DNA of 64,000 nt from Candidatus Bathyarchaeota archaeon (GCA_963697165.1 CAVOMX010000012.1:32001-96000); one strand, 5' to 3'. Positions 51,630 through 63,432 are shown, counted from the first letter of the stretch. Notes: generated by a model not told the origin, from the letters alone. Made by a program: numbers and translations.

Positions 51630-53653
51630 CTACAGTAGCGCATATAAGACTATTGTTTCAGCAAACACTGAAGCTACCAGAGACATCACTGTTATCAACG
51701 TGTTCAGTGAAGGTCCTGCAGTGTCTTTGAATGGATCTCCAACAGTGTCACCTACAACAGCAGCTTTGTGAGTCTCTGAACCTTTACCACCAAAAGCTCC
51801 AGCTTCAACATACTTCTTAGCATTGTCCCATAATCCGCCTGCATTAGACATCAACAGAGCAAAGATAAGTCCCGAGAAGATGCTGCCTGCCAAATAGCCA
51901 CCAAGAGCCTGTATGCCGCCAATGAAACCTACCGCCAATGTAACAGTAATAGACATAACGCTTGGAAGGATCAACTCTTTTAGTGCACCTTTCGTGGCTA
52001 TGTCAATACAAGAGTTGTAATCTGGTTTCACGCCTTCTTTGCCTTCTTTCAGACCCGGAATATCTCTGAACTGTCTCCTGATTTCTTCAATCATCCTGAA
52101 CGCATTTTTGCCAACACTGAGCATAACCAAAGCTGAAAACACCGCAGGTATTGCAATACCAATGAGCGCACCAGTCAAAACTAAGGGATCCATCAGGTTG
52201 AAACTGATTACTTTTCCAGTTGCGTTTTGAACTATTTGTTGGAATGCTGCAAGCAACGCAATTACTGTTAATCCTGCTGCTCCAATCGCAAATCCTTTTG
52301 TTATAGCCTTGGAAGTGTTGCCCGCGGCGTCAAGCTTGGCAGTGACATCAAGAACTTCCTCTTCTAATCCTGCCTGCTCGGCAATTCCTCCTGCGTTGTC
52401 TGCGATAGGACCATAAGCGTCTCCAGCTACAATCATTCCAACAATAGATAACATTCCAACTGCTGCCATGCCAATTCCGTAAACACCTGAAACTCCATAT
52501 GCTTCTGCTACTGTATACGCTCCAAAAGACGCCAATGCAATTCCTAGAAGCGGCGGAAACATGCTTAGTAATCCGTAAGAAAAGCCTGTGATTATGTTAA
52601 CCGCAGCGCCAGTTTGTGACGCTTCGGCTGTTTTAAGTACTGGAGTTTTGTCTATTGAAGTGAAGTAGTCTGTTGTTATTCCAATAACAACTCCTGCACC
52701 CAATCCGATAACAGCTGCTGCCCAGATGCCGAAGTTAATGCCCATATACTGTGTCACACCAAATGTTATGGCACCGAACAAGATGCATGTCAAGTATGTT
52801 CCCCAATTGAGAGCTTTTCCAGGATTGCCTTTTTTACCCACACGAACCATGGCAACTCCCAAAATTGAAGCCACAATTCCTAATCCCGCAAATATCAGTG
52901 GAACATTGACCAACATGTTATCGAAGGAAGCTAATCCAGGGATAACACCCAATATCATTACAGCCACAATGCTTGCTACATAGGAGTCAAAAAGGTCCGC
53001 TCCCATTCCTGCAACGTCACCAACGTTGTCGCCAACATTGTCCGCTATTACTCCTGGGTTTCGGGGATCATCTTCTGGTATGTTCATTTCCACTTTGCCT
53101 ACAAGATCTGCTCCAACATCAGCAGTTTTTGTGTAGATTCCTCCACCCACCTTCGCAAATAATGCCATGGCACTTGCTCCAAAGCTGAAGCCCAGAACTA
53201 TTGTTGGGTCAGCAGTGAAGAAGTAAACAGCACTTAGACCAAGGAGGGCTAATCCAACTACCGCTAATCCCATAACTGCTCCTCCACGGAAAGCTATGGG
53301 AAATGCTTTGTTTAGTCCCTGTTTTGCTGCAAAGGCTGATTTGACGTTTGCTTTTAGTGCAACTGTCATTCCCAAGAATCCTGCCAATGCAGAACATATT
53401 GAACCAAAAACGTAAGCTACTGCCATAATTGGGTTTAGAAATATCGCCAAGACGTGGCTACTACTGCAACGAACACTGCAAGATACTTGAACTCCACTTT
53501 CAGGAATGCTTTGGCACCTTCTTGTATGGCGCCCGCAATTTCCTTCATTTTGTCGGTTCCGCTACTTTGTTTGTTTATGTAGAAATAGAGATAGATTGCA
53601 ACTAGTATCGATACTACTGCAGTAATCGGCGCAATTGTCCAATCAATCATCAT
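51630..53653 (-). CDS. hppA: Membrane-bound Na+/H+-translocating pyrophosphatase, K+-dependent type (frameshift near 53450)
   Basis: GGGIYTKTADVGADLVGKVE, EDDPRN, DNVGDNVGD, YGPIADNAGG, GDTVGDPFKD. GNTSKA has Ala at the K+-dependence position. Confidence 0.95.
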
Positions 53654-53902
53654 CGTAATTTACACATCCTCGTTTTAGAAGTATTACGATCTTAGCTTGT
53701 TTGTTTTAAGTTTTTCGTAGAAGTGTTCAACTGTATTGATTGATTCCTCCCTTTTTGCCATGTGTGCTCAAATTTTGAATCCACATTTCAGACTTTAGTA
53801 TGTTTGTTAGAAAATTTTTACATAAAATCTAAGAAACGCTTTTTAGTAGATTACTTCCACCTTAAACATCTAATCTTCAGCGTCAGTAAACAGGCGGTTG
53901 AA

Positions 53903-56651
53903 ATGAGCTCTGAATGGCATTCGTTAGAAAAAAAGCAACTTTTAGAATCCTTGAAAGCCACCGAAAAAGGATTAAGTACAGAAGAGGCTGAACGTCGACT
54001 CCAAGAGTTCGGACCCAACGAACTAGTTGAGAAAAAGCGTGTAACTCCCCTTCAGATATTCTTTGGTCAATTCAAGGACATCTTTGTAATCATGCTTCTA
54101 ATAGCTATGGCAATATCAATCAGTGATTGCAATCACCCGTGATGCGGGAGAATTCGTGGACGCCGCAACCATAGGCGCCATCATATTCCTCAACGCCATA
54201 GTCGGTTTTGTACAAGAGTATAGATCAGAAAAGGCAATGGAAGCCATGAAAAATCTCACGGCTCCCAAAGCCCGAGTCCTCAGAGACGGAACAGAACAGC
54301 TCATTCCATCAAGAGAGGTCGTGCCCGGAGACATCGTTCTTTTGGAAGCTGGAGATCGCATCCCTGCTGACGCTCGACTCCTCGAAGTTGTGGACCTGAA
54401 GACTGACGAAGCAATTTTGACTGGTGAATCCACAGCAGTCGACAAAAGGGACGATGTTCTTGACAAAAAAACGGCTGTAGCTGACAGAAAAAACTCGATT
54501 TTTATGGCAACTCACATAACTTACGGTAGAGGCAAAGCCGTAATCGCATCAACTGGAATGGAAACAGAATTCGGCAAAGTTGCCGAGATGGTTCAAGCCG
54601 TGGAGCAGACAGAAACTCCACTCAAGCAGAAACTAACAAAGTTTGCCAAAAAATTGGGAATAATAATTATTTTCGTGAGTGCCGCAATATTTCTACTTGA
54701 ACTTTATGAAATTTTTGTTATTGGCGGAGGCGGCAGTTTAGAACACATTATCGACCAGATAATCGGCGCCTTTGAAACTGCAGTCGCCCTTGCCGTCTCA
54801 GCAGTTCCAGAAGGTTTGCCTGCAGTTGTAACTGTGTCCCTTGCATTGGGCGCTAGAGAACTTGCAAAACGTAAAGCTCTAATCCGCAGGCTTTCATCTG
54901 CAGAAACTTTGGGAGCAACAGACATCATCTGCTCCGACAAAACCGGAACCCTGACAAAGGGCGAAATGACCGTGCGCAAAATCTACGTCAACAACAAAAT
55001 GATTGACGTAACAGGCGCCGGCTATGAGCCAACAGGAGATTTCCTCATAAACGGTGTTCCCATAGACCCAAAGGAAGATGCAGACCTTACTTTGTTGTTG
55101 AAAGCTGGCACCTTGTGCTCCAACGCCAGTTACGACGGAAAGAAAGTGATTGGAGACACAACAGAGGGAGCATTGATTGTGGCAGCCGCCAAAGCTGGAA
55201 TTGTAAAGGAAGATCTGGAGACCTGCCATTCCCGTCTGCATGAAGTTCCCTTTACCTCCGAGAGAAAGCGCATGACGACAGTTCACAAGTCACCTGAAGG
55301 AGGAGGGGGATTTGTATACGTTAAAGGAGCCGTCGAAATCCTCTTAGACCGTTCAGGTATACATCCTCAAGGGCAATAAAGCAGTTAAGTTAACCAAGAC
55401 CGATAAAGAACAGATCATAAAGACAAACGAGGAGATGGCAAATCAGGCTCTTCGTGTCCTCGCCATAGCTTACAAAGAGTTGCCAACCATTGGAACAAAG
55501 AAACACGATTCGGAAGAGTTGGAGAGCGACTTAGTTTTCATAGGCTTAACAGGAATGATTGACCCGCCCCGAGATGAAGCAAAAGGCGCCATTGAGCTGT
55601 GCCGAAAAGCAGGCATAAAGACTGTCATGATTACTGGAGACCACAAACTTACAGCAGTTGCCATAGCCAAAGAGTTAGGCATAATGGAAGGCGATTTGGC
55701 TCTAACAGGCGCTGAACTGGACAAAATGAGCGAAGAAGAATTCGATAAAGTAGTGGAGGACGTATCAGTTTACGCTCGGGTTTCTCCTGAACACAAGCTT
55801 CGGATAGTTAGAGCCCTGAAAAAGAAGGGACACATCGTCGCCATGACCGGAGACGGAGTCAACGACGCACCAGCCCTCAAACAGGCAGACATAGGAATAG
55901 CCATGGGCATCACAGGAACCGACGTGACCCGAGAAGCTGCAGACATGGTGCTTGCAGACGACAACTTCGCCACAATCGTCACAGCAGTTGAAGGCGGACG
56001 AGCAATATACGATAACATACGCAAATTCTCTTTCTTCCTGTTGCGTTCCAACTTTGACGAACTATTGGTCATAGGTGTCTTTGCGTTGATGGGACCATTC
56101 TTGGGCGGAGCAGACCTCATATTGCCTTTAACTCCTGCCATGATTTTGTGGATAAATCTGGTTACAGACGGAGGACCTGCATTAGCTTTGAGCATGGACC
56201 CACCACAGGAAGACTTGATGAGTCGACAACCGCGAAACCCTAACGAAGGCATACTACATGGAAGATTCGCTTCAATCTTAGCCAGTTTCGTGACCCAATT
56301 CCTAGGTACTGGTGTACTGTTCGCTATTGCTTACTTCGTATGGGGACGCTCCTTAGCTGAAGCACAAACCATGGCTTTTGTGCAAGCCACTATGCAGGAA
56401 CTGCTAATCGTGTGGAACTGCCGGTCAGAAACAAAGAGCGCATTCAGACTCAGCTTCACTTCAAACAAGTTCCTGCTCTTTGCAGTGGTTGCCTCAGCAA
56501 TACTAACTGTTATAGTGCCTTACACTGGTTTGCTAGGAACAGCACCACTAGACCTGATGGACTGGGCTACTCGTTCTACCCATCTCGTTCTCAGGATCTG
56601 CTGATATTGCCTGAGATCTTCTATGGACGAAAGATTTGGCGCTGGAGATAA
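53903..56651 (+). CDS. P-type (type II, Ca2+-like) cation-transporting ATPase (several frameshifts)
   Basis: TGES, AVPEGL, DKTGTLT, KGA.E, DPPR, MITGD, TGDGVNDAP, INLVTDG. Confidence 0.93.
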
Positions 56652-56771
56652 GCTAAAGATACTGCGGATTTGCTGCCTAGAAATAGGTAGTTCACAATCC
56701 TTTTTTCTAATCTTTATTTGCTTTTCATAAGTATGAATAAGGTCTTAGCATAAGCATTTTTTTGAAGAACA

Positions 56772-57002
56772 ATGTTTAAACCGCCACTACGTTTACGATT
56801 CCTGTTCCACAGTTTTGGTCTAGGTTGCGTAAGCAGCGCCATCTTTCTGCAGGCACTAGTATTCTGGGACATATCTCAAACAGGATTCTTCAGAGCCACT
56901 GAACAAAACCAGATGATACTGTCGTTCGAGATTTTTCTAACAATCTTTGCTTTGGTCTATTTTGTTTATATGTACCAACGTTTAGTTCGATCACTGCAAT
57001 AA
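56772..57002 (+). CDS. Small two-TM membrane protein
   Basis: 76-aa ORF with two hydrophobic segments. Confidence 0.6.
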   Translation: MFKPPLRLRFLFHSFGLGCVSSAIFLQALVFWDISQTGFFRATEQNQMILSFEIFLTIFALVYFVYMYQRLVRSLQ

Positions 57003-57143
57003 AATATGCCTAAACAAATGTTTTGAAAGATTTGTTTCTCTTCGAAAGCAACGTTATGGTGACATTTTCGGAGGAAGTAACAACTGTTAAATAATTTCTC
57101 TACAAGAAAAAGAAGGAACAGTTGGTTTTGAGAGGTAAAAAAA

Positions 57144-57818
57144 GTGAAACTCCAAAAAGTATGCATAATTGCTTTGTGTACACTACTTTTGACGTTAGCT
57201 TTTTCTGAGGTAGGCCACTCAGCCCCTGAAGAAGCACCGAGTGTATATTATCTAGAATATGGCGGTCTCAAAATAGACGTTAGAGCTCCTAGTCAATCAT
57301 ATCCAGGCGAGAACATAACAGTTACCGTGAAAGCAGAAGCGATAACCGAGATTTACGTCAAATACGTCCGCGTAACAATTTATGGTGCATTAAATGCTAC
57401 TGACAAGGTTACCTTACGGGATATCATTCACCTTGAAAATTATTCTTTCACTTCTTCCTCTGAAGTTCATGAAGTCCAGTACAACGTAACAATCCCCGAT
57501 AACATGTCTCCAGGATTAACCTATGGCGTAATAAGCAGTGAATGGGAACTCATGGGTTCGCCCCAAAAGATTCTCCCAGCAGGATTCGCTTTGACATACA
57601 TCAGAAACATGGACTTAGAACAGCTTCAAACAGAATATCAAGAACTAAACGCTACACACCAATCGTTGCTGCAAGAATACACAGAACTGAAATCAGGCAT
57701 AAACGAAGACTTGGATTCTACCCGAAACATGCTATACATCTTCGTTGCAACAACCGTTGTCGCCAGCATCACAGTTATTGTTCTGTTAATGAGAAAACCC
57801 AAAAAGATTTGGATTTAA
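57144..57818 (+). CDS. Secreted protein with a beta-rich domain, coiled coil and C-terminal TM anchor
   Basis: Signal peptide, a heptad-like LEQLQTEYQELNATHQSL segment, and a C-terminal TM followed by RKPKK. Confidence 0.75.
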   Translation: MKLQKVCIIALCTLLLTLAFSEVGHSAPEEAPSVYYLEYGGLKIDVRAPSQSYPGENITVTVKAEAITEIYVKYVRVTIYGALNATDKVTLRDIIHLENYSFTSSSEVHEVQYNVTIPDNMSPGLTYGVISSEWELMGSPQKILPAGFALTYIRNMDLEQLQTEYQELNATHQSLLQEYTELKSGINEDLDSTRNMLYIFVATTVVASITVIVLLMRKPKKIWI

Positions 57819-58816
57819 AATCCCAAAACTTTTTTTGCTTCTTCAATCTCTTCAGGTAGCAGTTGCCTTGGATAATTATAGAGCGGACCGCCCGGGCTCT
57901 CGTTATAGTATGGTCTGTTGCATCCTGGACATCCTGAAGTAAGAAACGGCTTGCCTGTGTCTATGTCTTCTAGTAGCATTTCTTTAGAGATTCCAAAGCT
58001 TGTAAGATTCCCGTTCTTATCAAATTCCATGTTTTCGAAGCGTGCTTTTCTGTGGGTTAAAATGTAATGGGCAACTTGTGATCTCCGATAACTGCTTATG
58101 GATGGAGGAGACCTGTTTTCAAGAGCGGTTCCTGGAATTGGCGTAAAGGCGAACAAGCCTGGGTAGACTCCTGAATCAACGCACCATTGAATCTTTTGAC
58201 AAAGCTCCTTTTCTGTTTCTCCCAGACCCACAATAAGATGTGTGCTCACGGAGCCTTCCCCGAAGACATGGACAGCTTCCTTTAACGCTTCATGTTGTTT
58301 CTCCCAGTGGTAAGGTCCGCCAATGTTTTGTCCCTTAACGTTCCCGAATATCTTCTCTGTAGCCGCATCCAAGGCGATGCTTACTCGGTTAACGCCAGCG
58401 TCTACCCATTTCTTCATTTTCTGATTGCTTAGTGGCTTGCACGAAACAGAAATAGGCGCCGCGACTCTGGAGCTGATTTCCTTAACAAGAAACAAAACGT
58501 CATCAAAAGCCTCTGGATAATTTAGTGATTGAATGCAAACCCGCTTTATCGTCCCCGCTTTTACGTTTCTTTCTATTGCATCAACTATTTTTTTTGTCGG
58601 GAATGCTGGCCAAGTGACTCTGGAGAGCCTGTCTGCTCTGCCTTTGCTGTTTCTGGCTTGAGGGCAGAAGCCGCAGTTGGCGGAGCACTTTTCGTTTCGA
58701 CACATGAGCAGATATGCGGTTGTTGGTTTGGCATCTAGCTTGCCTCGTAACAAGCCTAATACAATTGCTGAGCCTGTAGAAACACGGACTCTTTCAGGGA
58801 AGCATGTGTCACTCAT
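57815..58816 (-). CDS. lipS2: Radical SAM lipoyl synthase subunit LipS2
   Basis: CSANCGFC plus the C-terminal TSGCPGCNRP motif described for Thermococcus LipS2; gcvH and lpl nearby. Confidence 0.85.
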   Translation of the reverse strand: MSDTCFPERVRVSTGSAIVLGLLRGKLDAKPTTAYLLMCRNEKCSANCGFCPQARNSKGRADRLSRVTWPAFPTKKIVDAIERNVKAGTIKRVCIQSLNYPEAFDDVLFLVKEISSRVAAPISVSCKPLSNQKMKKWVDAGVNRVSIALDAATEKIFGNVKGQNIGGPYHWEKQHEALKEAVHVFGEGSVSTHLIVGLGETEKELCQKIQWCVDSGVYPGLFAFTPIPGTALENRSPPSISSYRRSQVAHYILTHRKARFENMEFDKNGNLTSFGISKEMLLEDIDTGKPFLTSGCPGCNRPYYNESPGGPLYNYPRQLLPEEIEEAKKVLGF

Positions 58817-58960
58817 TTGACAACACCGAACATTTTTGGATTCTATATTGTAAATATTTGGCGCCTATATTTATCTCTACCAAACCTAAATCTTGGAAAA
58901 CAGAAACTTCTTATGAGCTTTACCCTTCTCTCTATTCTGGTAGTTCTTGGGGAATTGAAA

Positions 58961-59296
58961 ATGGCGGATGGTCCTCGTATAATACGAGAGAAAAAAACTG
59001 TTTCCGCGATGATACACCTTTACTGCCGTAAACATCACGGAACTCATGGCGATGAACTTTGTCCAGAATGTAATGAACTGCATGAGTATGCAATGCTGCG
59101 GCTGTCAAAATGTCCTTTCCAAGAAAACAAGTCAACTTGTGGCAAATGTTTAGTTCATTGCTACAAACCAGACATGAAAACGAAAATAGCTAAGGTTATG
59201 CACTATTCTGGACCCCGAATGTTGTTTCATCATCCTATTCTTGCGTTGCATCATGTCCTTGATGGAAGAAAAAAGCCTAAGCCACTAAAGAAATAG
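58961..59296 (+). CDS. YgbA / nitrous-oxide-stimulated promoter family Cys-rich protein
   Basis: REKKTV..MI.LYC...H, C.EC..L..YA..RL..CP...K.TC..C..HCY, M.YSGPRML. Confidence 0.88.
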   Translation: MADGPRIIREKKTVSAMIHLYCRKHHGTHGDELCPECNELHEYAMLRLSKCPFQENKSTCGKCLVHCYKPDMKTKIAKVMHYSGPRMLFHHPILALHHVLDGRKKPKPLKK

Positions 59297-59352
59297 GTCT
59301 ATTTGATGTTGTATTCAAAAGGTTTTTAGAAACCCAAGATGATTAAGCGAGT

Positions 59353-60343
59353 ATGACGAGCCTAGACGCTGAAAGCATATGGCGGATGCCAAAAAAGGAG
59401 CTAGTTTCATTAATTGAGAGTGGGGCTATTCCAAACAGGACAGGGAAGATTCGGTTCTATGCTCCAAGTTTTGTCTACTACAAAAACAAATATTTTGGTT
59501 CATCTCACGATGCTTTCCCTTCCATCTCAATCACGGGCTCCTCCTGTGCACTGAAATGCAAACACTGCAACGGAAAAGTGTTAGACACGATGGTTCCATC
59601 CCTGACTCCAGAAGGTCTCTTTGAGCTCTGTGCAAAACTGAAAAAAGATGGAGCAGTTGGCTGCCTCATAAGCGGAGGATGCCTTCCAGATGGTTCTGTT
59701 CCCATTGACAAGTTCATAGATGTTATCGCCCAGATAAAGAAGGAGCTGGGTCTAACTGTTGTTGTTCACACAGGGGTAATTGACTTTTCAACTGCAAAAC
59801 GGTTGAAGGCTGCTGGAGTTGACGCTGCGTTAATCGACATAATTGGCTCCGACGAAACTATCCGTGAAGTCTATCGTCTCGATGTTAGCGTTGAAGATTA
59901 TGAACGGTCACTACAAGCTTTTCATGAATCTGGAATTCCCTTTGTTCCACATGTGCTTGTGGGGCTACATTACGGTGAACTGAAGGGCGAACTTGAGGCA
60001 CTGAAAATGATATCGAAATATTCGCCTTCTGCGGTCATAACAATAGCTTTTATGCCTATCCGTGGGACGCCCATGGAAAACGTGAGTCCGCCTGAACCAG
60101 AAGATATTGCAAAAATTACTTGCTTCTGCCAAACTATTGATGCCAGAAACTCCACTTGTTTTGGGGTGCATGAGACCAAAAGGTGAGCATAGAAAAAGAA
60201 CTGACATGCTTGCTGTTAGAGCTGGCGTAAACGCAGTAGCCTTTCCTGTCGAGGAGGCAATCCAGCTTGCAGAATCCCTGAAGCTAGAAATCTCTTTTTC
60301 GCCTCTCTGCTGTTCCCAAATTTTTGAAGACATCAAGCCTTGA
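59353..60343 (+). CDS. lipS1: Radical SAM lipoyl synthase subunit LipS1 (frameshift near 60118)
   Basis: SITG..CALKCKHC, LISGG, PHV.VGLH.G, then LGCMRP and CC, the motifs described for Thermococcus LipS1. Confidence 0.85.
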
Positions 60344-60398
60344 TTCATTCGAGGCAATCCGATACATTCTGGATTGTTTTAGCTAATGTACGATAACT

Positions 60399-60770
60399 TT
60401 AGGGGCGTACTTTTCTTTGTACAATCTTGTGTTTCTTAATTGCAAACTCTATTGCATGTGCCAAATCTTCTTTTGAAAGTGCCCCCACAATACCATTCAC
60501 GGGTCTTCCTCCACAAAAAAACAGGAATGTAGGCGTTCCCATCACACCATACTTGCCCGCAAGTTTCTCATTTTCGATGCTGTCTACAACATTAAGCTTA
60601 ATGAACTTCAGCTTATCTCCGTATTCTATGGCTAGTTCGTCGTAAACTGGTTTGATTGCCTGACAATGGGGACAAAATGGATGCCAGAACTGCACCACAA
60701 CCAACTGTTTTTCCTCTAAAATTCGTTCTTTCCAGTCTACCGCGTTTGCCTCTTCTATCTGCTCAAACAT
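60399..60770 (-). CDS. Thioredoxin
   Basis: FWHPFCPHC, KYGVMGTPT. Confidence 0.9.
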   Translation of the reverse strand: MFEQIEEANAVDWKERILEEKQLVVVQFWHPFCPHCQAIKPVYDELAIEYGDKLKFIKLNVVDSIENEKLAGKYGVMGTPTFLFFCGGRPVNGIVGALSKEDLAHAIEFAIKKHKIVQRKVRP

Positions 60771-60935
60771 GACCTGCCGCCTAAATTTCTGTATCCCTTA
60801 TGAGAATAAGTCATTTTTGCTCAAACATTGCTTCTCTTTCATGCTTTACTGTTATGGTTTTTTCCTTGATTCGAATCGTTATGTTTTTAAGATAAACAGT
60901 TATCACAATACGGTAACTGATAGAGGTGGAAAATA

Positions 60936-61358
60936 ATGGTCAAGGTAGAAGACTATGACGTGCCTGAAAATCTGTGTTACCACAAAGAATACCTCTGGGC
61001 TAAAGTAGAAGATGGAAAAGTGAAGATCGGAATGATCGATTTCGCTCAGAAACAACTCCATGACATTGTATATGTTGAACTCCCAAGCATCGGTGACACC
61101 ATAACCCAGAGTGAACCCTTCGGAACTCTAGAATCCGTGAAAGCCGTCTCAGATTTAGTTGCTCCTGTAAGCGGTACCGTTGAAGCTGTAAACGAAGAAC
61201 TAGAATCCAAACCTGAGTTACTCAACGAAGACCCATATGGCGAAGGATGGATACTGATCGTAGCCCCGTCAAATCTAGATGCAGACCTGAAAAAGATCCT
61301 GAACTTCGAATGCAGCTGTAGAATGGCACAAAGAACTCGTAAAAGAGGGTTAACTTAG
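60936..61358 (+). CDS. gcvH: Glycine cleavage H-type lipoyl carrier protein (3' end frameshifted)
   Basis: IG..DFAQ..L.DIVYVELP, ESVKAVSD (lipoyl Lys), N.DPYGEGW; GAGGTGG SD. Confidence 0.95.
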   Translation: MVKVEDYDVPENLCYHKEYLWAKVEDGKVKIGMIDFAQKQLHDIVYVELPSIGDTITQSEPFGTLESVKAVSDLVAPVSGTVEAVNEELESKPELLNEDPYGEGWILIVAPSNLDADLKKILNFECSCRMAQRTRKRGLT

Positions 61359-61448
61359 TTTATAGGTAAGCACCTTTTAGGTTTCACTAGAGAAACCGGT
61401 GAGGTCTTAGTAGGGGTTAATCCAAAACACTTTATTTTTTAATAAAAG

Positions 61449-61667
61449 GTGGGCATCGAAGGCGCAGTAGTAACTGGGATAAATTATGTTATTCTCATGA
61501 AAAGCCTCGGCATCAAAGTATTGGGAGTGATATTAAACAAGGTTCACACCAGTTATCTGACCGCTGAAATCAGACAGTATATCAAATCTGCTTTCAGCAA
61601 TCTTGGCGTCGAGTTGCTTGGCATATTGCCTCGTATCCAATTGGATGGGCGAGGAGCAATTCCTTAA
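61449..61667 (+). pseudogene. Fragment of a BioD/CobQ/CobB-like P-loop protein
   Basis: GVILNKV and VELLGILPR; the N-terminal part is absent. Confidence 0.5.
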
Positions 61668-61801
61668 ATCTTTAGTTGGCTGGTCATGTTTTCTTGATAA
61701 TGATATACAGTAATAAAATAAAATCACAGTAATTTTATTAGGAAGATTTTTTATCTGCGATGTAGACAATTAATGTGAATACAAATAGGCTGGAATCCAT
61801 A

Positions 61802-61995
61802 ATGGCCAAAATCCATAAACAAATAATTAAGTTACTACAAACCTCAGAAAAGCCATTAACCCTCGTTGAGCTTGCAGAACAACTCGAAACAACAGAAAAA
61901 AAGGTTTTCAATGCTTTAAAGAAACTCTTCTCGACGAAGAAATCAGTTGCGACGCCAAAACTCGTCAGTACTCTCTTGTAAAAAAGCAAAGCTAG
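61802..61995 (+). CDS. Small winged-helix protein (frameshift near 61933)
   Basis: IIKLL...KPLTLVELAEQL....KKVFNAL..L; continues after the shift as EEISCDAKTRQYSL. Confidence 0.65.
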
Positions 61996-62091
61996 ACCCT
62001 TTTTGTATCCATTTTTAATTTGAACTATCCGTTGAGAACAAGATTAATATGGAAACCAGTTCTTAGTTTGACAGCCAGAGTTGAGATTTAA

Positions 62092-63432
62092 ATGACCCGA
62101 AAAATCGTAATTATTGGAGCTCACGCTGCAGGTCTTGATGCGGCTTCTGCAGCCAGAAAAACTGATAGAACCGCTGAAATAACTCTTATAACAAAAGAGA
62201 ACAAAGCGGCATACTCCAGATGCGGTCTCCCCTTCGTTTTGGGTGGACACATAAAAACCTTTGATGACCTGGTGGTCTTTCCAGAAAGATTCTACAAAAT
62301 GATGAAACTAAACCTTCTAACAGAAACCACAGTAACAAACGTTGATGCAAAAGCAAAAACTGTCTCGATACAGGACAAAATCGGAAACAAGGACACTCTT
62401 TCATATGACAGTTTAGTGCTAGCCACCGGCGCTGACCCCTTCATGCCACCAATAAAGGGACGAGAAAAGAAGGGAATATTCGTAGTTCGAACAATAGAAG
62501 ACGGAGAAAAAATCAACAAAGCAATTGAAACAGCAAAATCAGCAGTCATTATAGGCGCAGGACTTATTGGTCTTGAAGTTGCCGTAGCATGCCTTGAACG
62601 AGGCCTAAAAACTACGGTTGTTGAATTTCTGCCATATGTTCTTCCAGTTTTGCTGGACAAAGCTATGGCTGATCACGTCCAGAAAGCGCTTGAAGAGAAA
62701 GGCATGAACATCATTGTCGGAAAAGGAGCAGAAGAATTCCTTGGAACCGACAAAGTTACCGGAGTTCTTGTTGCAGGAGAAACAATTCCAGCAGACGTGG
62801 TAGTTGTAGCCACTGGTGTAAGAGCCAACCTTGAATTGGCAAAAAATGCTGGAGTAGAACTTGGAAAACAGGGCATAAAAACCAACGTGAGAATGGAAAC
62901 CAACATCAAAGATGTTTACGCAGCTGGAGACTGCGCCGAGTCAATATACCTCGTCACTCGTAGACCTATGATGAGCCAGCTTGGAACCACTGCTGTGAGA
63001 CAAGCAAAAGTTGCAGGAATCAACGCTGCCGGAGGATACTCCACATTTACTGGAGCTTTAGGTTCGTGGATTACCCGATTATTTGACACTGAAATCGGTG
63101 GAACTGGACTTACAGAGTTCATGGCTGGACGATCCGGAATAGAAACGGTTTCGGCAACCATAGTTTCAAAAACAAGGGCTGACTACTTCCCCGGGGCATT
63201 ACCTGTCAAAGTCAAACTCGTTGCAGACAAGGAAACAGGTAAGCTAATTGGCGGTCAAATCATTGGAGGCGAAGAAGTAACCCAACGCATAAACGTCTTA
63301 TCCTTTGCTATACTAAACGAAATGACTATCCAAGAACTGGCGAAAGCTGAAACATGCTATGCACCTCCACTATCGGAAACTTGGGAGCCTATGATATTAG
63401 CTGCAGAAATGCTCTTGCGAAAACTCAAGTAA
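62092..63432 (+). CDS. FAD-dependent pyridine nucleotide-disulfide oxidoreductase (NADH oxidase/CoA-disulfide reductase family)
   Basis: IIGAHAAG, YSRCGLP (single redox Cys), GAGLIGLE..E (NADH-type), YAAGDC, YAPP. Confidence 0.92.
   Translation: MTRKIVIIGAHAAGLDAASAARKTDRTAEITLITKENKAAYSRCGLPFVLGGHIKTFDDLVVFPERFYKMMKLNLLTETTVTNVDAKAKTVSIQDKIGNKDTLSYDSLVLATGADPFMPPIKGREKKGIFVVRTIEDGEKINKAIETAKSAVIIGAGLIGLEVAVACLERGLKTTVVEFLPYVLPVLLDKAMADHVQKALEEKGMNIIVGKGAEEFLGTDKVTGVLVAGETIPADVVVVATGVRANLELAKNAGVELGKQGIKTNVRMETNIKDVYAAGDCAESIYLVTRRPMMSQLGTTAVRQAKVAGINAAGGYSTFTGALGSWITRLFDTEIGGTGLTEFMAGRSGIETVSATIVSKTRADYFPGALPVKVKLVADKETGKLIGGQIIGGEEVTQRINVLSFAILNEMTIQELAKAETCYAPPLSETWEPMILAAEMLLRKLK

Noticed and set aside
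62092..63432. Calling this protein dihydrolipoamide dehydrogenase (GcvL) or LipT
   Set aside because: It lacks the CxxxxC disulfide of Lpd, and the single-Cys YSRC and YAPP motifs fit the NADH oxidase/CoADR family; a LipT assignment cannot be supported by eye
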